A stretch of 64,000 nt of DNA, taken from contig CM060731.1 in assembly GCA_030704615.1 (NCBI GenBank), forward strand, positions 69,812,001 through 69,876,000, given 5' to 3'. The notes under the pieces are model-generated. The model saw only the letters and a program-made list of their open reading frames with translations, did not search any database and had not been told where the DNA came from. The DNA comes from Takakia lepidozioides. Lineage: Eukaryota; Plantae; Bryophyta. Positions 11,421 through 26,800 of the stretch are shown here, in pieces. Every line of letters begins with the position of its first letter. Position 1 is the stretch's first letter. The translations under genes were made by a program, and so were the position numbers.

Positions 11421-13903
11421 TGGCTCTCCTCTGGGCTGGGCATCTGTGTAACCCTGAAATGCCTTCATGACATCCATGGGTTACACATTCAGGAGGTCAG
11501 GTTTCTTCTTCTTTGGTTAATCTGAATATATTTGCTTTGGCTCTAGTGCTCATCTGTTCCTTTGTCAGCCTAGTATCTGTTGGACAGAGAAAACATGCTA
11601 GTTTTCCCTTCTGTTATTTGTTTGCAGAAGAACAAACCCCTCGTTGCCAAGGGTTTGTGACATAAATTGGGTCACATCTAGCGATGCAGGGTGCACTTGT
11701 ATTCGGGGGAAAGTTTGAGATAAGGAAGACTGGAAACCTTGCCTGACAAGCCACATTCCTACTGTATGTGCTGCAGGATTCCCGTGAAGAAGAATGTGAC
11801 TGATGGATGAGGAAACTGAAGCTGAGAGTCAATTTTGAGGGGCTTAGTCCCATTTACCGCAACAAAAGAGAGGTTGCACATATGAAGCAGGCATTAGCAA
11901 ATTGTAGAGGCCCTTGTTGGTTGGATGAGTGGCTGTAAACCATGTAATTGTGAGCTGTTTCACAAAATAATACTCCCTTGCCAAAGGTCAACGGGGATTT
12001 AAAGTGAAATATTCCGCAGGTTGGGGTTGGGGTCTTGTATGGTGTCCACCATTTGGTTGCTGGAATCCCGGTGGATTTGGTGGTGGTGTTTGGTGGGCAT
12101 CATGGGCCTTCGTTATTGTTGAACCTGGTGGCCTCTCCTGCTGCTGGAGCCTTTGCCTCATCAGGACGACTCGTGGTCTTCTGCCTGTCCACTCGCGCCC
12201 TAAGAAACACGGCTTATGGCCCTGCCCTCTGGACTTCCTGGCTCACCCGATGGCTTGACACCAACTCGCCACTATACCGAGGAAATAAAAGGAACCCACC
12301 ACCCTTCTTGCTCTCAACTTCGCAGCAGATGCTTCAGATTATGCTTGAACATGCTTGATGCTGAACTTGACCGATCTATGGCTATGGGCGTTTGTGAGAA
12401 GAGAAAGACGAGTGGTCATTAAGAAACAGCCCTGCCCTGGCACAAGCGACCTTGGGTTCTATTTTCCTTCAATTCATACCCATCCATCCAAATCCTTGGA
12501 CTTCGAGCTTCCTCTTCGGAGTCCGACTCATGCATTTTATGTGAAATCTCACAGGCATAGTTTTGTAGAATAACTTTCAGAACTGATTGTGTCAAGAGTG
12601 TTCAAACATTCTCTGGTTACAAAGAGAATGTTTGAACACGTGGAAAGCAAATTGGAAGCAAATTCAAAATGCTCCACTCAGGCATACTTGAGCCCCTAGG
12701 AGGTCATGGCATCCATGTAGCCAGCTACCTATTTCAAGGTAGGCATGACGACTTACAGTAGGTATGTTCTTCTCAACAGGATCAACAAATGGCAAGGCTG
12801 CACTGGTGATCAGATCCTAACATCATGATTTGAAAGGAACACAACAAAGTGTTTACTCTCTACACCATTCCACACCAAGCATGAGGCAGCCTGACGGCTT
12901 CCCCCTTCTTTCCTTTTCACGGTCCGAGTATGTCTACCCTCTGAAGCAAGTGCAGGCGCTTCACCTGGTCCCATGATGCAAACCTGCCAACCAATAGATT
13001 ACGAAGCCCAAAATTGCGTGCCCCTTAGGGGGACCTGCATAATGAAACAGACGTGTCCTCGACGAAGGCTGGCTCTCAAAAACTGGATAAACTAACCTCC
13101 GAATGTCCAGTTCCAGAAATTGGCAAGAAATTTCGTTATCATATGTAGCATCAGAAAGGTGATGCAAGTATTCACCCCTAACAAAGACACAGAAGGCCAC
13201 AGCTTTTAGTATAGTTTTGGCGAGCTTTGCGAACTGGGTGACAAGACTTGACAGTCAACTCAAATAGGGCATCTCTTATTCCTGAAAATTACAATCAGAA
13301 ACAGATCATCCTCACCTCACACATTTGATGCTGGCCATGTAGTACAGATGTGCAGCCTCCCTTACTCCAGGTTTATTATGTAGAGGTTTAGCTTGAACTT
13401 CATCTCAGGGCCTGGCATGGGAAGGCACTTTGGATCCCAAGGTCAAAGTTGTTCAGATCCAAGCCTAGCAATCAAGCTCTTCTTTTCACTAATGTCCACC
13501 AAGTGTTTCAAGTGAAAAGTGTCCAGGATGAACTCCCATAACAAGGAACAATAGGGAACGCTCCACAACTTTAGGGCTTGATTCAATCTGACAAGGCTTC
13601 TGGAAAGGTGGGGAAGGAGGAAACTAGTTACCCAGAGTGTCTGCAGGATAATGTGATAGACTCAATGTTGTGAGACTTTCTATAAATACACAGAGGTCAC
13701 TATTATCCGAACAAACCTCATTCGCAGTAATCCATCTGGTGTTCCTCCAAGGCAAAACAAGTTGAAGGATACTGCCCAGCAATGAGCATTTCAGAGATGC
13801 CAAAAACGCTACACTCAGTGGCATGCACCTTAATGATACGAAGTTTTCCCTATTAATGAGTCTCGAACGGGTACAATCCTGATCAGAAAGCATCAGGGCA
13901 GTC

Positions 13904-14771
13904 TCACTTCTTAGATTTCTTAGTGGGGGCATCGCCCACGGGGGCTTCGGCCGCGGGCGCCGTCTCAACCAATCCCTGGGCCAACCGCTCCTCCCGCCTC
14001 GCAATCTTGCGCTCGCGGATGGCCTTGTTCTTCGCGCGCCTGGCCTCAAACTGGTCTGAGAGAGTCTTCTCGCGCGCCTTCTCTGCCTTCGATTTGTGGA
14101 TGCTCTCCATCAACACACGCTTGTTTTTAAACACATTTCCCTTCACCTTCATGTACATGTCGTGGTACATGTGCTTGTCGATCTTCTTTGCCTCTCGGTA
14201 CTTGCGGAGAAGACGCCTCAACACCCGCAATCGCCGCAACCACAGCACCTTTGAACCGAGATAAACCCACACCAACATTTCACAAAAGCTTACTGGCTCA
14301 TGGTGAAAAGAAAAAGAGGGCATGCAAGCTGCGGTATTGCGGTTGCAAGCTAGAAGGACATCCAGACAAACACTGCCAAGTATTGCATGGCTGAATGCAT
14401 CAGGGCACGAGGGAAACCCTACTCAAAACCCGCCCTTTCTACCAAAACCTACTCCAGAAATCAAATGCAAGGGCTTACTGTATACGGATCATTACCTTGG
14501 TTGGAAGCCTAGCCTCCCTAGTACCGCGGCGCTTGCCATAGCCGGAATGACGGCCCTTCCTCTTCGCCTCCAAGGCGCGACGAGCGCGCGCCCTGGAGTG
14601 AATCTTCTGGGGCTTCCTGATCACAAACCCATCCTTCACAAGCTTCCTAATGTTCTGCCTGGAGTTGGCCATGGAAATTTCATTGACCTCATTTGGATCC
14701 AGCCACACCTTGCGCTGCCCGCACTTCAGCACACTTGCGGCAAGCCGCTTCTGCAGCTTCAGCGACACCAT
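13904..14771 (-). CDS. RPL19: 60S ribosomal protein L19 (eL19), 2 exons
   Basis: [18 protein letters not shown]...LPTK | [29 protein letters not shown]...; exons 14771-14496 and 14248-13904. Confidence 0.97.
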
Positions 14772-14981
14772 GGCTGGTGCCGACGCAGCTCCTGGCTATG
14801 GCGGAACCCTAGCGAGCAATCGAGAGAGAGGACCTCCCCTCCCCTGTGCGCTGCCCTTCCACCCCACCTCTCCTCTCCGGGTCTCCAAGGCTCGGGTGTT
14901 TCCATCACCCTCGCCCGACCCTCCATCCTTCATCCCTAAGTTATCGTAATTAACACTAGTCATAATCTTAATTAACCCTAA
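14414..14981. promoter_or_regulatory. Telo-box-like motifs in the RPL19 intron, 5' UTR and promoter
   Basis: aaacccta at 14414, gaaccctag at about 14804, aaccctaa at 14974; telo-boxes are typical of plant ribosomal protein genes. Confidence 0.45.
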
Positions 14982-15570
14982 TCTCTTGCCACCTTTGTGG
15001 CAAAGGAGATCACACAGTGCTCTGATGTGTGTCTGTGTGAGAGAGTGAGAGAGAGAGAGTCTATTTACTGATCTGGCTTGGCTGACCAACGTCTGTGACT
15101 GTCTGCGGGCTATCCCTGATCCCTGTTGCTTTTCACCTAGTCTTGGGTGAACAGCTACAGCCGCTACCAGAATCTCATAAGCTTGCAAACGGATCCCTGT
15201 AGATAGTTCCCAAAAGTTCTCGAACACGCTTCTCCATAATGTGACCTTATCGATTTGTGGACTTTGCATCCTTCCTGATTCCACAATGTTGTGAGTTTCT
15301 GAACATGATGGAAAGGACTGCTAGGATGGAAGGCTCGCATGTGTGGCTTTCCAATGGACCAGAGTATTAGAATTTTGGCTTTGTGCTCAAAAGGTGCTCA
15401 AAATCAACTGGTAGGTGCCATGATCTTTCATGTGCTGTCGGTTAGATGTTCCATGACCTCCATGAGGGTAATACCGGGTATTTTATGATACATTCCGGAG
15501 CGAGGAAGGGCGTTGGGAGCATTGGTCGTTGCGTTACCACGGCTCTGAGCGATGGCGGAGTGAAAAAGCC

Positions 15571-16946
15571 ATGAGGAGCAGCCGGTCTGTAGCCTGGGCG
15601 TGCGCCATGGCTGCTGGTGGCAGCGCGGCCATGGCTGCTGTCTTCGCCAAGCTTGCATCTCCTCAAGTAATATTTTTGTCATCCATTTCTCGTTGGCTCT
15701 CTCTGCTTTATGTTGCTCTGCTGTCTCTGTCTCCATCTCTCTGTCTCTGTCTCTGTCTCTCTTGCAAAATGGCACACATAGAGATAGTCGAAGGAAAGGA
15801 TTACAAGTAGTGGAAGGATCAAATTCTCAGCCAGTCAGTAATATGATCGTATGATACGTCACTCTGGCACCAGATGATGTGCGTACGGGCCAGAGGAATG
15901 CCAACCTTGTTCTATAGTAACGATCCTCACTCTGGCACAGCCCAGGGGAATGAGAATCTATGATGTATGCAAGGCATTTGAACTCCATAGAGCACTTACA
16001 ATCAACTCAGCACCTTCGGTACCACATCAAGTTTACGAAGTCTGGGATCCACATGCCCAACCACACCGAGGCTGTAATCAAGCAGGTCAGGGTAATATTT
16101 CTTTGTGTCGAGAAGATAGAAAAGAGGCAGAGAGCATTCCTTGATCAGGACCTGATCCTAACTAGCAGGTCTCATGGGCGCAAACTAACACACCATGTTT
16201 TTTTTGGAATATGGCAGATGAGATGGGAGTTAAGGCTAGGCTGCTATGGCAGTGTGGTGGCCTGCAATGTGGCCATGTGGACTCTATATGTCCAGAGCCT
16301 TGCCTCACTCTCGTCATTACAAGCCACTGTGCTAAATTTTGCCTCCAACTTTCTCCTCTCTGGTCTCGCAGGGTTTCTCATCTTTAGCGAAACCGCACAA
16401 TTGCAGGTCAGCATTCCTTAGCCAATGTATGCTACATAATTTGTGAGTATCGATGTTCTGCGAAATTGTATTCAGTACTATTACTTAGACTGTTCAGTGT
16501 ATAATTTTCTATGTAGGATAATTATATTCTGGGTTCTGCCACCGAGCATGTAGTGTTCTTTGATGCTGCCATATCACTGCCAAACAGTAGAGAATGAGAT
16601 GAGTTGGATCAAGGGGGCAGATTGTGGAACCATTTGCAAGGTTAATGTTGTGTGGTTGGGACAGGGGGCACATGGGGACTAACAGTGGACCCCGGCCTTT
16701 TCCCCTTAGAATAGTATCCTCTAATGGCATCTGTTGCTTTGAAAGTTGCACCTGCTGAGGTTCGGTGTTGAATCAAATAAGATCGGAATCTGATTCTACA
16801 CTAGAGTGAGTCTTGATAAATTTTCCCTGATGTGGGTTTGGCAGTGGTTTATGGGGGCATTCCTCATTGTGCTTGGCATCATGGTGCTTAGCAAAGCCGA
16901 CAATAGCCTGGAGGCCAGTGCTTCTCCAACAGCCAAGGAAGATTGA
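15571..16946 (+). CDS. TMEM42: TMEM42-like small membrane protein (DMT/EamA-like), 3 exons
   Basis: Exons 15571-15666, 16218-16406, 16845-16946 splice in frame: AAMAAVFAKLA, CNVAMWTLYVQSL, SSLQATVLNFASNFLLSGLAGFLIFSE, WFMGAFLIVLG. Confidence 0.8.
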
Positions 16947-17531
16947 TGATACCATGAGTGACACAAAGCAAAACAAAAGTGTCGTCTCATTGCCATAACA
17001 TGAAAATTGTGACGCTTAGTCTCAGAAAGGGAAAACTTACAGATCTTCAAAGCCAATTTCTGAAAACCTATATTAGTATAGCAGGAAGGACCTTAGGATT
17101 CCATATTCCTGTCAGTAATATGTTCTGTGTTTTTTCCTTGCTCAGGAAGACATGATTGCAGGGTTGCATTGTGCACTCTTTTCATTTACACCAGGGAGAC
17201 CACTGCAGTTGGGCTGAAGACCCACAAGTGAATTGCTGTATATTTCCTTCTATACAACTTTTAAGTCAATATACATGACGTTTGCTGGACAAGCAACATT
17301 GCTGCATAAGGTGCATAAGGTGCACCGCAGCAAAAACTCGCGGACACCTTAAATCTCTACTCCTCTGAGACCATGCATACAAAATTGTGCAATGACATGG
17401 GACCAGAATAAATTATATGTTCCATGGCCATAACTGCTGCCTCAACTTCTTCAACAGGTGCTGCTTTCTCAAGCCGAAAAAGGGAGATGCTTTATACCAG
17501 CTTCCTGACCTGATGCTGCTTCGAGCTTTTT

Positions 17532-17601
17532 TTCCTGGCGGTTTTTTTGGGTTGCTGCTGCTTTTGTTCCTGGCGGTTTTTTTGGGTTGCTGCTGCTTTT
17601 G
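17532..17601. repeat. Perfect 35-bp tandem duplication
   Basis: ttcctggcggtttttttgggttgctgctgcttttg twice. Confidence 0.9.
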
Positions 17602-19125
17602 GATGTTGTGATTCAGTCCGGGATATTGGGAGTTTTGTCCTCTTGAATCTGATGGGCTCTCAGCTTGATCATTTACGGATTATTCCTCATTGAAAAGCTC
17701 TGCCTGTTCCTTTGGATGTTTCTCTTGGTCTCTTTCTAGGTATGAGGTGACAGCAGTCCGTGATACTTGGAGCTATATGGGTCCCTCGAATCTGATGTTC
17801 TCTGTCCTTTCTCTCTATTTTTCTTCTTTTTCATTCGAAGGATTTCGTAGGCGGTGTGAGCTGCATGCTTTTCCTATAGATGCGGTTTGGATTGGCTTTG
17901 TTGTTTTTGGCCAGGCCAGATCACAGCTCTTGAGGGACCTCCTTCTCCAGCATAGTACTGGATTGAGAGATCTAAACCAAATGAAAACTCTTCGGTGGAT
18001 CAGACTTAGTTTGCATTCTTCCATGCTCGGTTGCCATGGTATTATCATTATGTTTTACAGACCGGTACATAGTCACCTTCCTCCAATTTGATGTCGTGAC
18101 TGAGGGAAGGTTGAACCATCGCTCAGTTGCCATATAGTCACAGTGTAATGAGTACAGCGCGGCGTATGTAAGATCTAGTTCTGTCATGACCAGGGGCTAA
18201 CCTATGAGCGCAGGTTCTTTGCACAGTGCAAGATACTAATCCTGAGGAGGCGGAGAACCGAGTGGACAATCTGAAGGAATTCATACTTTCAGCGAGAGAA
18301 AATGCAAGGGGAAACCGGATTCACAGATTTGCAGATGACAAAGCTATGGGGCATTGAAATTGCCAATTTCGGGAGAGCAGTTTGATTGGAAGTACAGTGC
18401 CATTTGGAGTCGAGGAAGGAAGGGTGTGACTCAAGGGGAGCAGTGAGAGTAATCAGCTGGAAATGAGAGAGACGACCAGATGATTCTGGTATCCAATAAT
18501 AGTAGCTGGACCTGCAAAGCCAATGAGGTCAAAGAGTGGAAGAGGACCATGGTGTAGTGTTTATGGGTCTGAAGTGGCCCTGGCTGACAATTGAGGATAA
18601 GCATTGTTTGCTTGGCATCTTAGAAGCTGTTGTTGAGGATCCTCCCAGGTCGAAGGTACTTACAGGACCAGTACCTAAAATACGAAAGATGAGGGGGAAA
18701 GAGAAATAGGCAAGGTTGTGCGGTCCATTTTATAAGGCTCCAGGGCCTCTGTCCCATGTTTCTTAAATTTTTTGTAAACAGAAGACCCAAAATGGAGTGC
18801 CTGTGCACAACAAGAACCTCTGGAGAAATAAAATGTGGGAGTCCAATCTGCTCATAGGGATTTCAGTAGGCAAAAGTTATTAGTGCGACATTTTCTATCA
18901 TCCCAACCCTTGGTGGGTTTTGCGAAACAGTTTGTGACAAATTTTGCTTCTCCAAACTGCAGAAGCATGGCCATAGAAAAATCTAAGTTTCGCAAGCCAA
19001 GCAAGGGCAGGTAAGCTGAAAGTATCAAGCGATTTCAAGGCTAGGAAAATAATTTTCAATTTAGATTGTGGACGCTTTACGCTACAGGGGTATCCATTAA
19101 TTTTCCACTCATTCAAAACCCATCT

Positions 19126-21495
<2,370 letters not shown>

Positions 21496-22294
21496 TCAAA
21501 ATCACCTCCGTTTGTGAGATGCCCGAGACAATGTCGAGAAGAATTCACAAATCTGTAGCTATCAAGGTCTGGGATTTGAAGACCTCTTCTGAGTTGTGAA
21601 CTGCACTGGAGTGAGGAGGAGTGTATCGGTCTGTAGTGTGATGAGGATGATCTCCTTTTATATCATCACAGACTAGTCTCATGCATAGCGAATCAGGTGT
21701 ACGGCATTCTGCTGCAGTTTCTCAGCAGATGGTTTCCTTGGGCACCAAGTTAGTTCTTCCTACGGATGTGCCTCCAATCTGACTAGTTGCGCCCACGTGG
21801 TGAGAAAATTTCCTTCATGCAGGTTATTCCCTGGTTAAGTCCACGCAGTTTCAAGAAGGTTGGGTAGCATGTGAGCACTTTCACGCCAGCGGGCGTGCAC
21901 ACTTCACGTGGCATGCGCTCCGCCACGTGGACTGAATCGTGGCAGCCGCAGCGCCCATGTCAGCGACGCTGCGTAACAGCAATTGCAACGTCGCGGCTGC
22001 GACCTGCGATAACCGGTTACCATAGCGCACAATTGCCGATATATGGAGGCCCACATGTGTGAACCGGCTGTGACCAGTGGAGGAGTGACACACAGCTGGC
22101 CTGAGCGGAAAGGCATATTCCAAATATTCCAAAAGATTTTGGAGGATAGGCATTTTGTTTTTAATTTTTTTTTAAAGGAAACCTGGGAGCGACAGCCCAC
22201 AATTCAGGCCCTTGAGGAGGGGGAAAAATTAACCCCCTTTCATTTATGGGCCATGAGGCCTACAGGATGACATTCTTGAGGATAGGCATTTGCA

Positions 22295-22625
22295 AAACCA
22301 AAATGCGCTCACGCAGTAAGAAATACGAAATTATCTGAAAACTGTGCTCACGCAGAAAAAAATCATGAAATTAATTGTCCAACTCACATGAGCACAAATA
22401 TATCTGCCATAACTCAAAGATCTGCGCAAGCAAACAATGTGGCAAGAACCACCCAAAAAAGAATATGCGCAGGGAAACCAAAATGCGCTCATGCGGTAAG
22501 AAATACGAAACTATCTAAAAATTGTGCTCGAGCGAAAAAAAAATTATGAAATTAATCGTCCAAAGCTTAACTCACATGAGCACAAAGACCCACAAATATA
22601 TCTGCCAGAACTCAAAGATCAGCGT
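22295..22625. repeat. Imperfect direct repeat, about 180-bp period, 2 copies
   Basis: aaaccaaaatgcgctca...aagaaatacgaaa...aactcacatgagcacaaa...aactcaaagatc at about 22295 and 22475. Confidence 0.85.
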
Positions 22626-23805
22626 ACAACCATCCCCCAAAAAAAAGATTTCGCCTACGAAATGCAAACGGTTTTTAACAGCGAAACTTGGTTTCGTCGA
22701 CGAAATTGGGGTTTGGTTTTGGTTTTTGTTTTTTTTTAAGGTTTCTTCCTTTCAAGCCCTTCTATATGCTTAACATTATATTTAGACACAATGGAGACCA
22801 TATTACACAGAAAGACCTTATGTCCGTCTATTATATGTATTTCTGCTATATCACATACATATCACCCCTATAACCGTGGATGCTGCTCACTCCACGATTT
22901 TTTGTGATGGGGTACCCCTTCAAGGAAGGGTCACATCTGGGGCAGGTCAGGTTGATCTTTTGTTGGTTTACTAATACTAGTCATGTTTCGTTAGAAGCAA
23001 GACTATTATTCCGCTCTAGTACTCACAATACCCCCCCTCTCAGCTTGTCTGCAGACACGAGTTCCTCAATAGATTGGCACTATAATTTTAGAGGAGGCCC
23101 GAGCAATAACAACTAACTTTTACGATAAGAGGTAAAGCTGGGTAGCAAGGAGCTTTTTGTGAACTCCCAGTGCATCATTGTTTCAATGTCAATGTTACAT
23201 CGCATGGAAAGTAACCAAATTAGAAAATGATTGAGTCTTACAAGTGTTACCACTTGAGTCATGTGTTAGAGAGTGGGTTGCACAGGAATTTGAAAACCTG
23301 GTAACATTCTGAACACAATCTGAAGGAGCCATGTTTTATCTGTGGAGACCTCCAGCAGATATGGTTTCAGACTAATTTAGAAACAGATGATCTATCAACT
23401 GGTCTCGTGCTGGATTTTCTGGATTCCTGTGAGAAACGATCTCCACCTAGATACTTTGTCATTATCTCACAACTGTGTATGCATCGATCGATCGTCGAGA
23501 GAGAGAGAGAGAGAAGGGGTGTTTGCTGAACGGCGGGGGAACACGTTCCCTGCGGCAAATATACTACATTACAATAAATACGTAGTTTACGATGTATACG
23601 TACGTAGCTAAATATATATTGTACGTTTGTCCAGCACCTAAGAGCGACAGCCCGTCGACTTCTGCTTCCGTTTCGCTGCAGAGTGTGAGTGCGTGTTGGG
23701 GGGAGAGAGGAAGAGAAGGCGGGGAAATGGGCGGGTCCAGAGGGGCTTAGATCTTCGCAGGAGCTGGAAAAGGAAGGACCTTGCACTGGAGGAGGTCGGA
23801 AAAAA

Positions 23806-26800
23806 ATGCAGCAGCGGGGGCGGTCGCCATCGCCTGCTCGGAGCTCACCTGGGACGCAGACAATGCAGTCTTCGCCCATGGGACGGTCCGGGCCTTCTCC
23901 ACCCTCTCCACTGCGGAGTTCAACCACGCCAGCTCAGCCAGTGATGGAGCCCTCTCTGACTTATGACGAGGCGGAAATGCAACGAAGTCGGCACTTTATC
24001 AGGGCCTTGCAGGTTAGTGTGAAGAGGGTGACACACAGTGGGTATGGAGTTACGAAGCATGTCTGCAATTGGGGTATTTATTTTATATTGTCAGCTTCCG
24101 ACGCCAAGAGGATATTCGGCAGCTGGAGACTGTGCCTCGCTGTCTTATGATCAGTGTGTGCGGGGATTGTCCCAGCTTCTTTGCTGAATTCCAGCTGGCC
24201 AAAAATGCCTCTTTAAAGCCCGTGTCTCTCGTTTTTTTGTTGATAGTTGGAGTGGTGTTGGGTTGAGGATGGGGCATTACAAACAAGGCTGGAGAAGATG
24301 TTGGGTATGTTTAGGTTACTGGCTACCAGCACGTCCACTGGGGAGAAACAGAGATAGCGAGGGAGAGTCTCCATTCCTTCATGTTTGATGTGGGGATTGG
24401 CCCAAGCAGTTGTGCTCATTTTACCAATGCAGCGAAACGTAACAATTTTTTTAGGAGAAGAAGCAAGGTCAAAGGTTTATGCTGCGAGCATACTGGAATT
24501 ACTACATTGCACAAGTGGAAGACATAATGTCCTTGCGGGTGTCTACATCATTCCTCTCACCTAGTCAAAACTACAGACTCAAAACACTACCCAGTTAACG
24601 AGATGGATATATATTGGGCTATGAAAGAGTGTGCCAATACCGCTAGAAGGACTTTGGTTCTGCAGATCTTCTTTAGTTACATCATTCTCGCCGGATGTCC
24701 CTAGCTCCAGCCCTTGTATGAAGGCTTTACTCCAATAGCCCTTCATATCTCTGGGATCGGAGCCCCTCCAAGAAGAAATCAAGTTCTACCTGCTTTGGGC
24801 AACACAGTCTAATTGACCATTTAAGAGGTTCTTTTGAGGTCTAAATCTGCACCTACTTTCAACATAGAAGTGGGAAAAGAGAATAGATTGTTCTGAGAAA
24901 AAGGGGGAGCTCTGGCAGGAGTTGAAGAATCTACGTCCACAGCTGTATTCAGCAGCTGAGTATTGCGAGTCTTCCTATCTCCACAGTAATCAGAAACAAG
25001 CGTGAGTTCTCCAACCCTGACTTTGTCTACTGTGCAAATGTGGCTGGGGAGAAAAAGAGAGAGAGAGAAAGAGGACAAAAACATCTACTGCATTGATGGG
25101 AGGCACAGGTACATGGGAGGGGGAGAGTACATCAAGAGTGCAGATGTCATGGATTGACAAGACTACCCTGGGCTTTTTGGCTGAAAGTTTCCATCTATCA
25201 TACTTAAAACTTTTCACTTTTGGTGGTGGGTGGGACATGTGGTTTCAACAAGTGTTAGTGGATTTCCAGCTAACAAATGCCTCTGCAATGCATGACATGT
25301 GGCAGGGTGCTTGACAATCTAAAGGACTATTCAATAAAGGCACTGGTCAATGCAGTGGACCATTTGGGTACAGTTGCTTTCAAGCTTAATGATCTGCTTT
25401 CCCAGGAGACGATGGGAATCTCTACAGCTGAACTCCGTGCAGCATCTCTTGCTCAGGTAGAAAAAGGGCTTTTGAGTTAGGGAGATTCCATGTGTGTCTA
25501 TTTATCTGGTTTCATTCCAATTTGCCGTGTGTGTGTTTGAATCCAGATAATGAATCTCACCCAGTGGGGGGGGGCTCGTTGCCTTTCCGCTAGTGTGTAA
25601 GCTAATTGGTCTACGTATATTACAAGGAATATTAATCCCTGGGCGGAACGCCAGCGTGATAGATATGACCAGAGTTGACATTTGAAGGGCGCAGATTGAG
25701 ACTTAGCAAAATCACTTGAATTTTCTGCATAGGGGATTTGCATGAGTTAAGGGACATAATCATTCAACAAAAAATCCGTGTCATACAAGTAAGTGGTCGT
25801 TAAAAAGTGCCCACCGTTTCGTGGAGGCTAGAGTCCAATTGGGTTGCTCGGGCTTTGGCAGCATCATTCTTCTTCTTCTCTTTAGGTTGATTGGTAAATT
25901 TTAATGAGGTGAATGCTTGATGGGAATGTAGCGAATGCGCTCCTGCCAAGAGCATTCAGAGCGTGAGGGGCTGAAGCAGCAATCTTTGGCCAAGACCATG
26001 CCTGCCAACCACAAGCACTATATTCTGCCAGGCAAGGACCTCATACCCCCTCCCACTGGCCTCCTTCACTTCATATTAGTTAATGGGAAGAAGGGCTGGC
26101 AAATATGTGATGCCAAGGTCTTGGTAAGCACATTTTTTCCATTATCGTAATTAAGAAGACGACTGATCTGGTCAGACTTTACTTGGGTATCCATGGATTA
26201 AATCCACACCCTGCACTATTGTGAGAAACTTCTAAGAAACTTCCCACCACTTAATGAAGCGTGGGATATCAGATGAGACCTGTGTATGCAAGGGAGTATT
26301 TATCACCTCTGCAGGACTGAAACTTACTGTCCGGATACTAGTGTTTGGAGCTAAAAACACTTGCAAGGTATTACAAACTTCAGCCCTAAATGTAAACTCT
26401 TGATTCATTTGGATGAATATGTGAAGCTAGGAAAAACTGTCATTCATGGCACTTAGCATAGGTGGAGCTGCACCTGGGTTGGGCGTAGAAGCCTATTAGC
26501 CACGGCTGCCTCTGTCTTTTTCTGTGACCTTGCTGTTTCTCACCTCTAATGATAGCCTTTGTTTCAGATACATTGCTAATGTTGCTTCTGACTACAGAGG
26601 ATAAATCAATTAGATGATGTTCCAGGGGTCAGAAGCGTGCTTGCAGGCAAGAAAGTGCCTTGTTGTTCCTTTGATCACACATAAAACATGCTGTCACGTT
26701 TGCTCGAGCATCATTCAAGAGTCCAAACATGAAAACCATTGACACTATCATCGACTGAGTAGGATGAGTAACACTTATGACGCAGATCCCTTTGTGGAGG

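Noticed and set aside
11900-13300. Short ORFs between the CCA gene and RPL19
   Set aside because: No consistent exon chain or recognisable homology.
14249-14495. Intronic snoRNA in RPL19
   Set aside because: No properly spaced C box (RUGAUGA) and D box with a terminal stem found.
14322-14939. 205-aa + strand ORF overlapping RPL19
   Set aside because: Antisense shadow of a conserved GC-rich coding sequence; no recognisable motifs.
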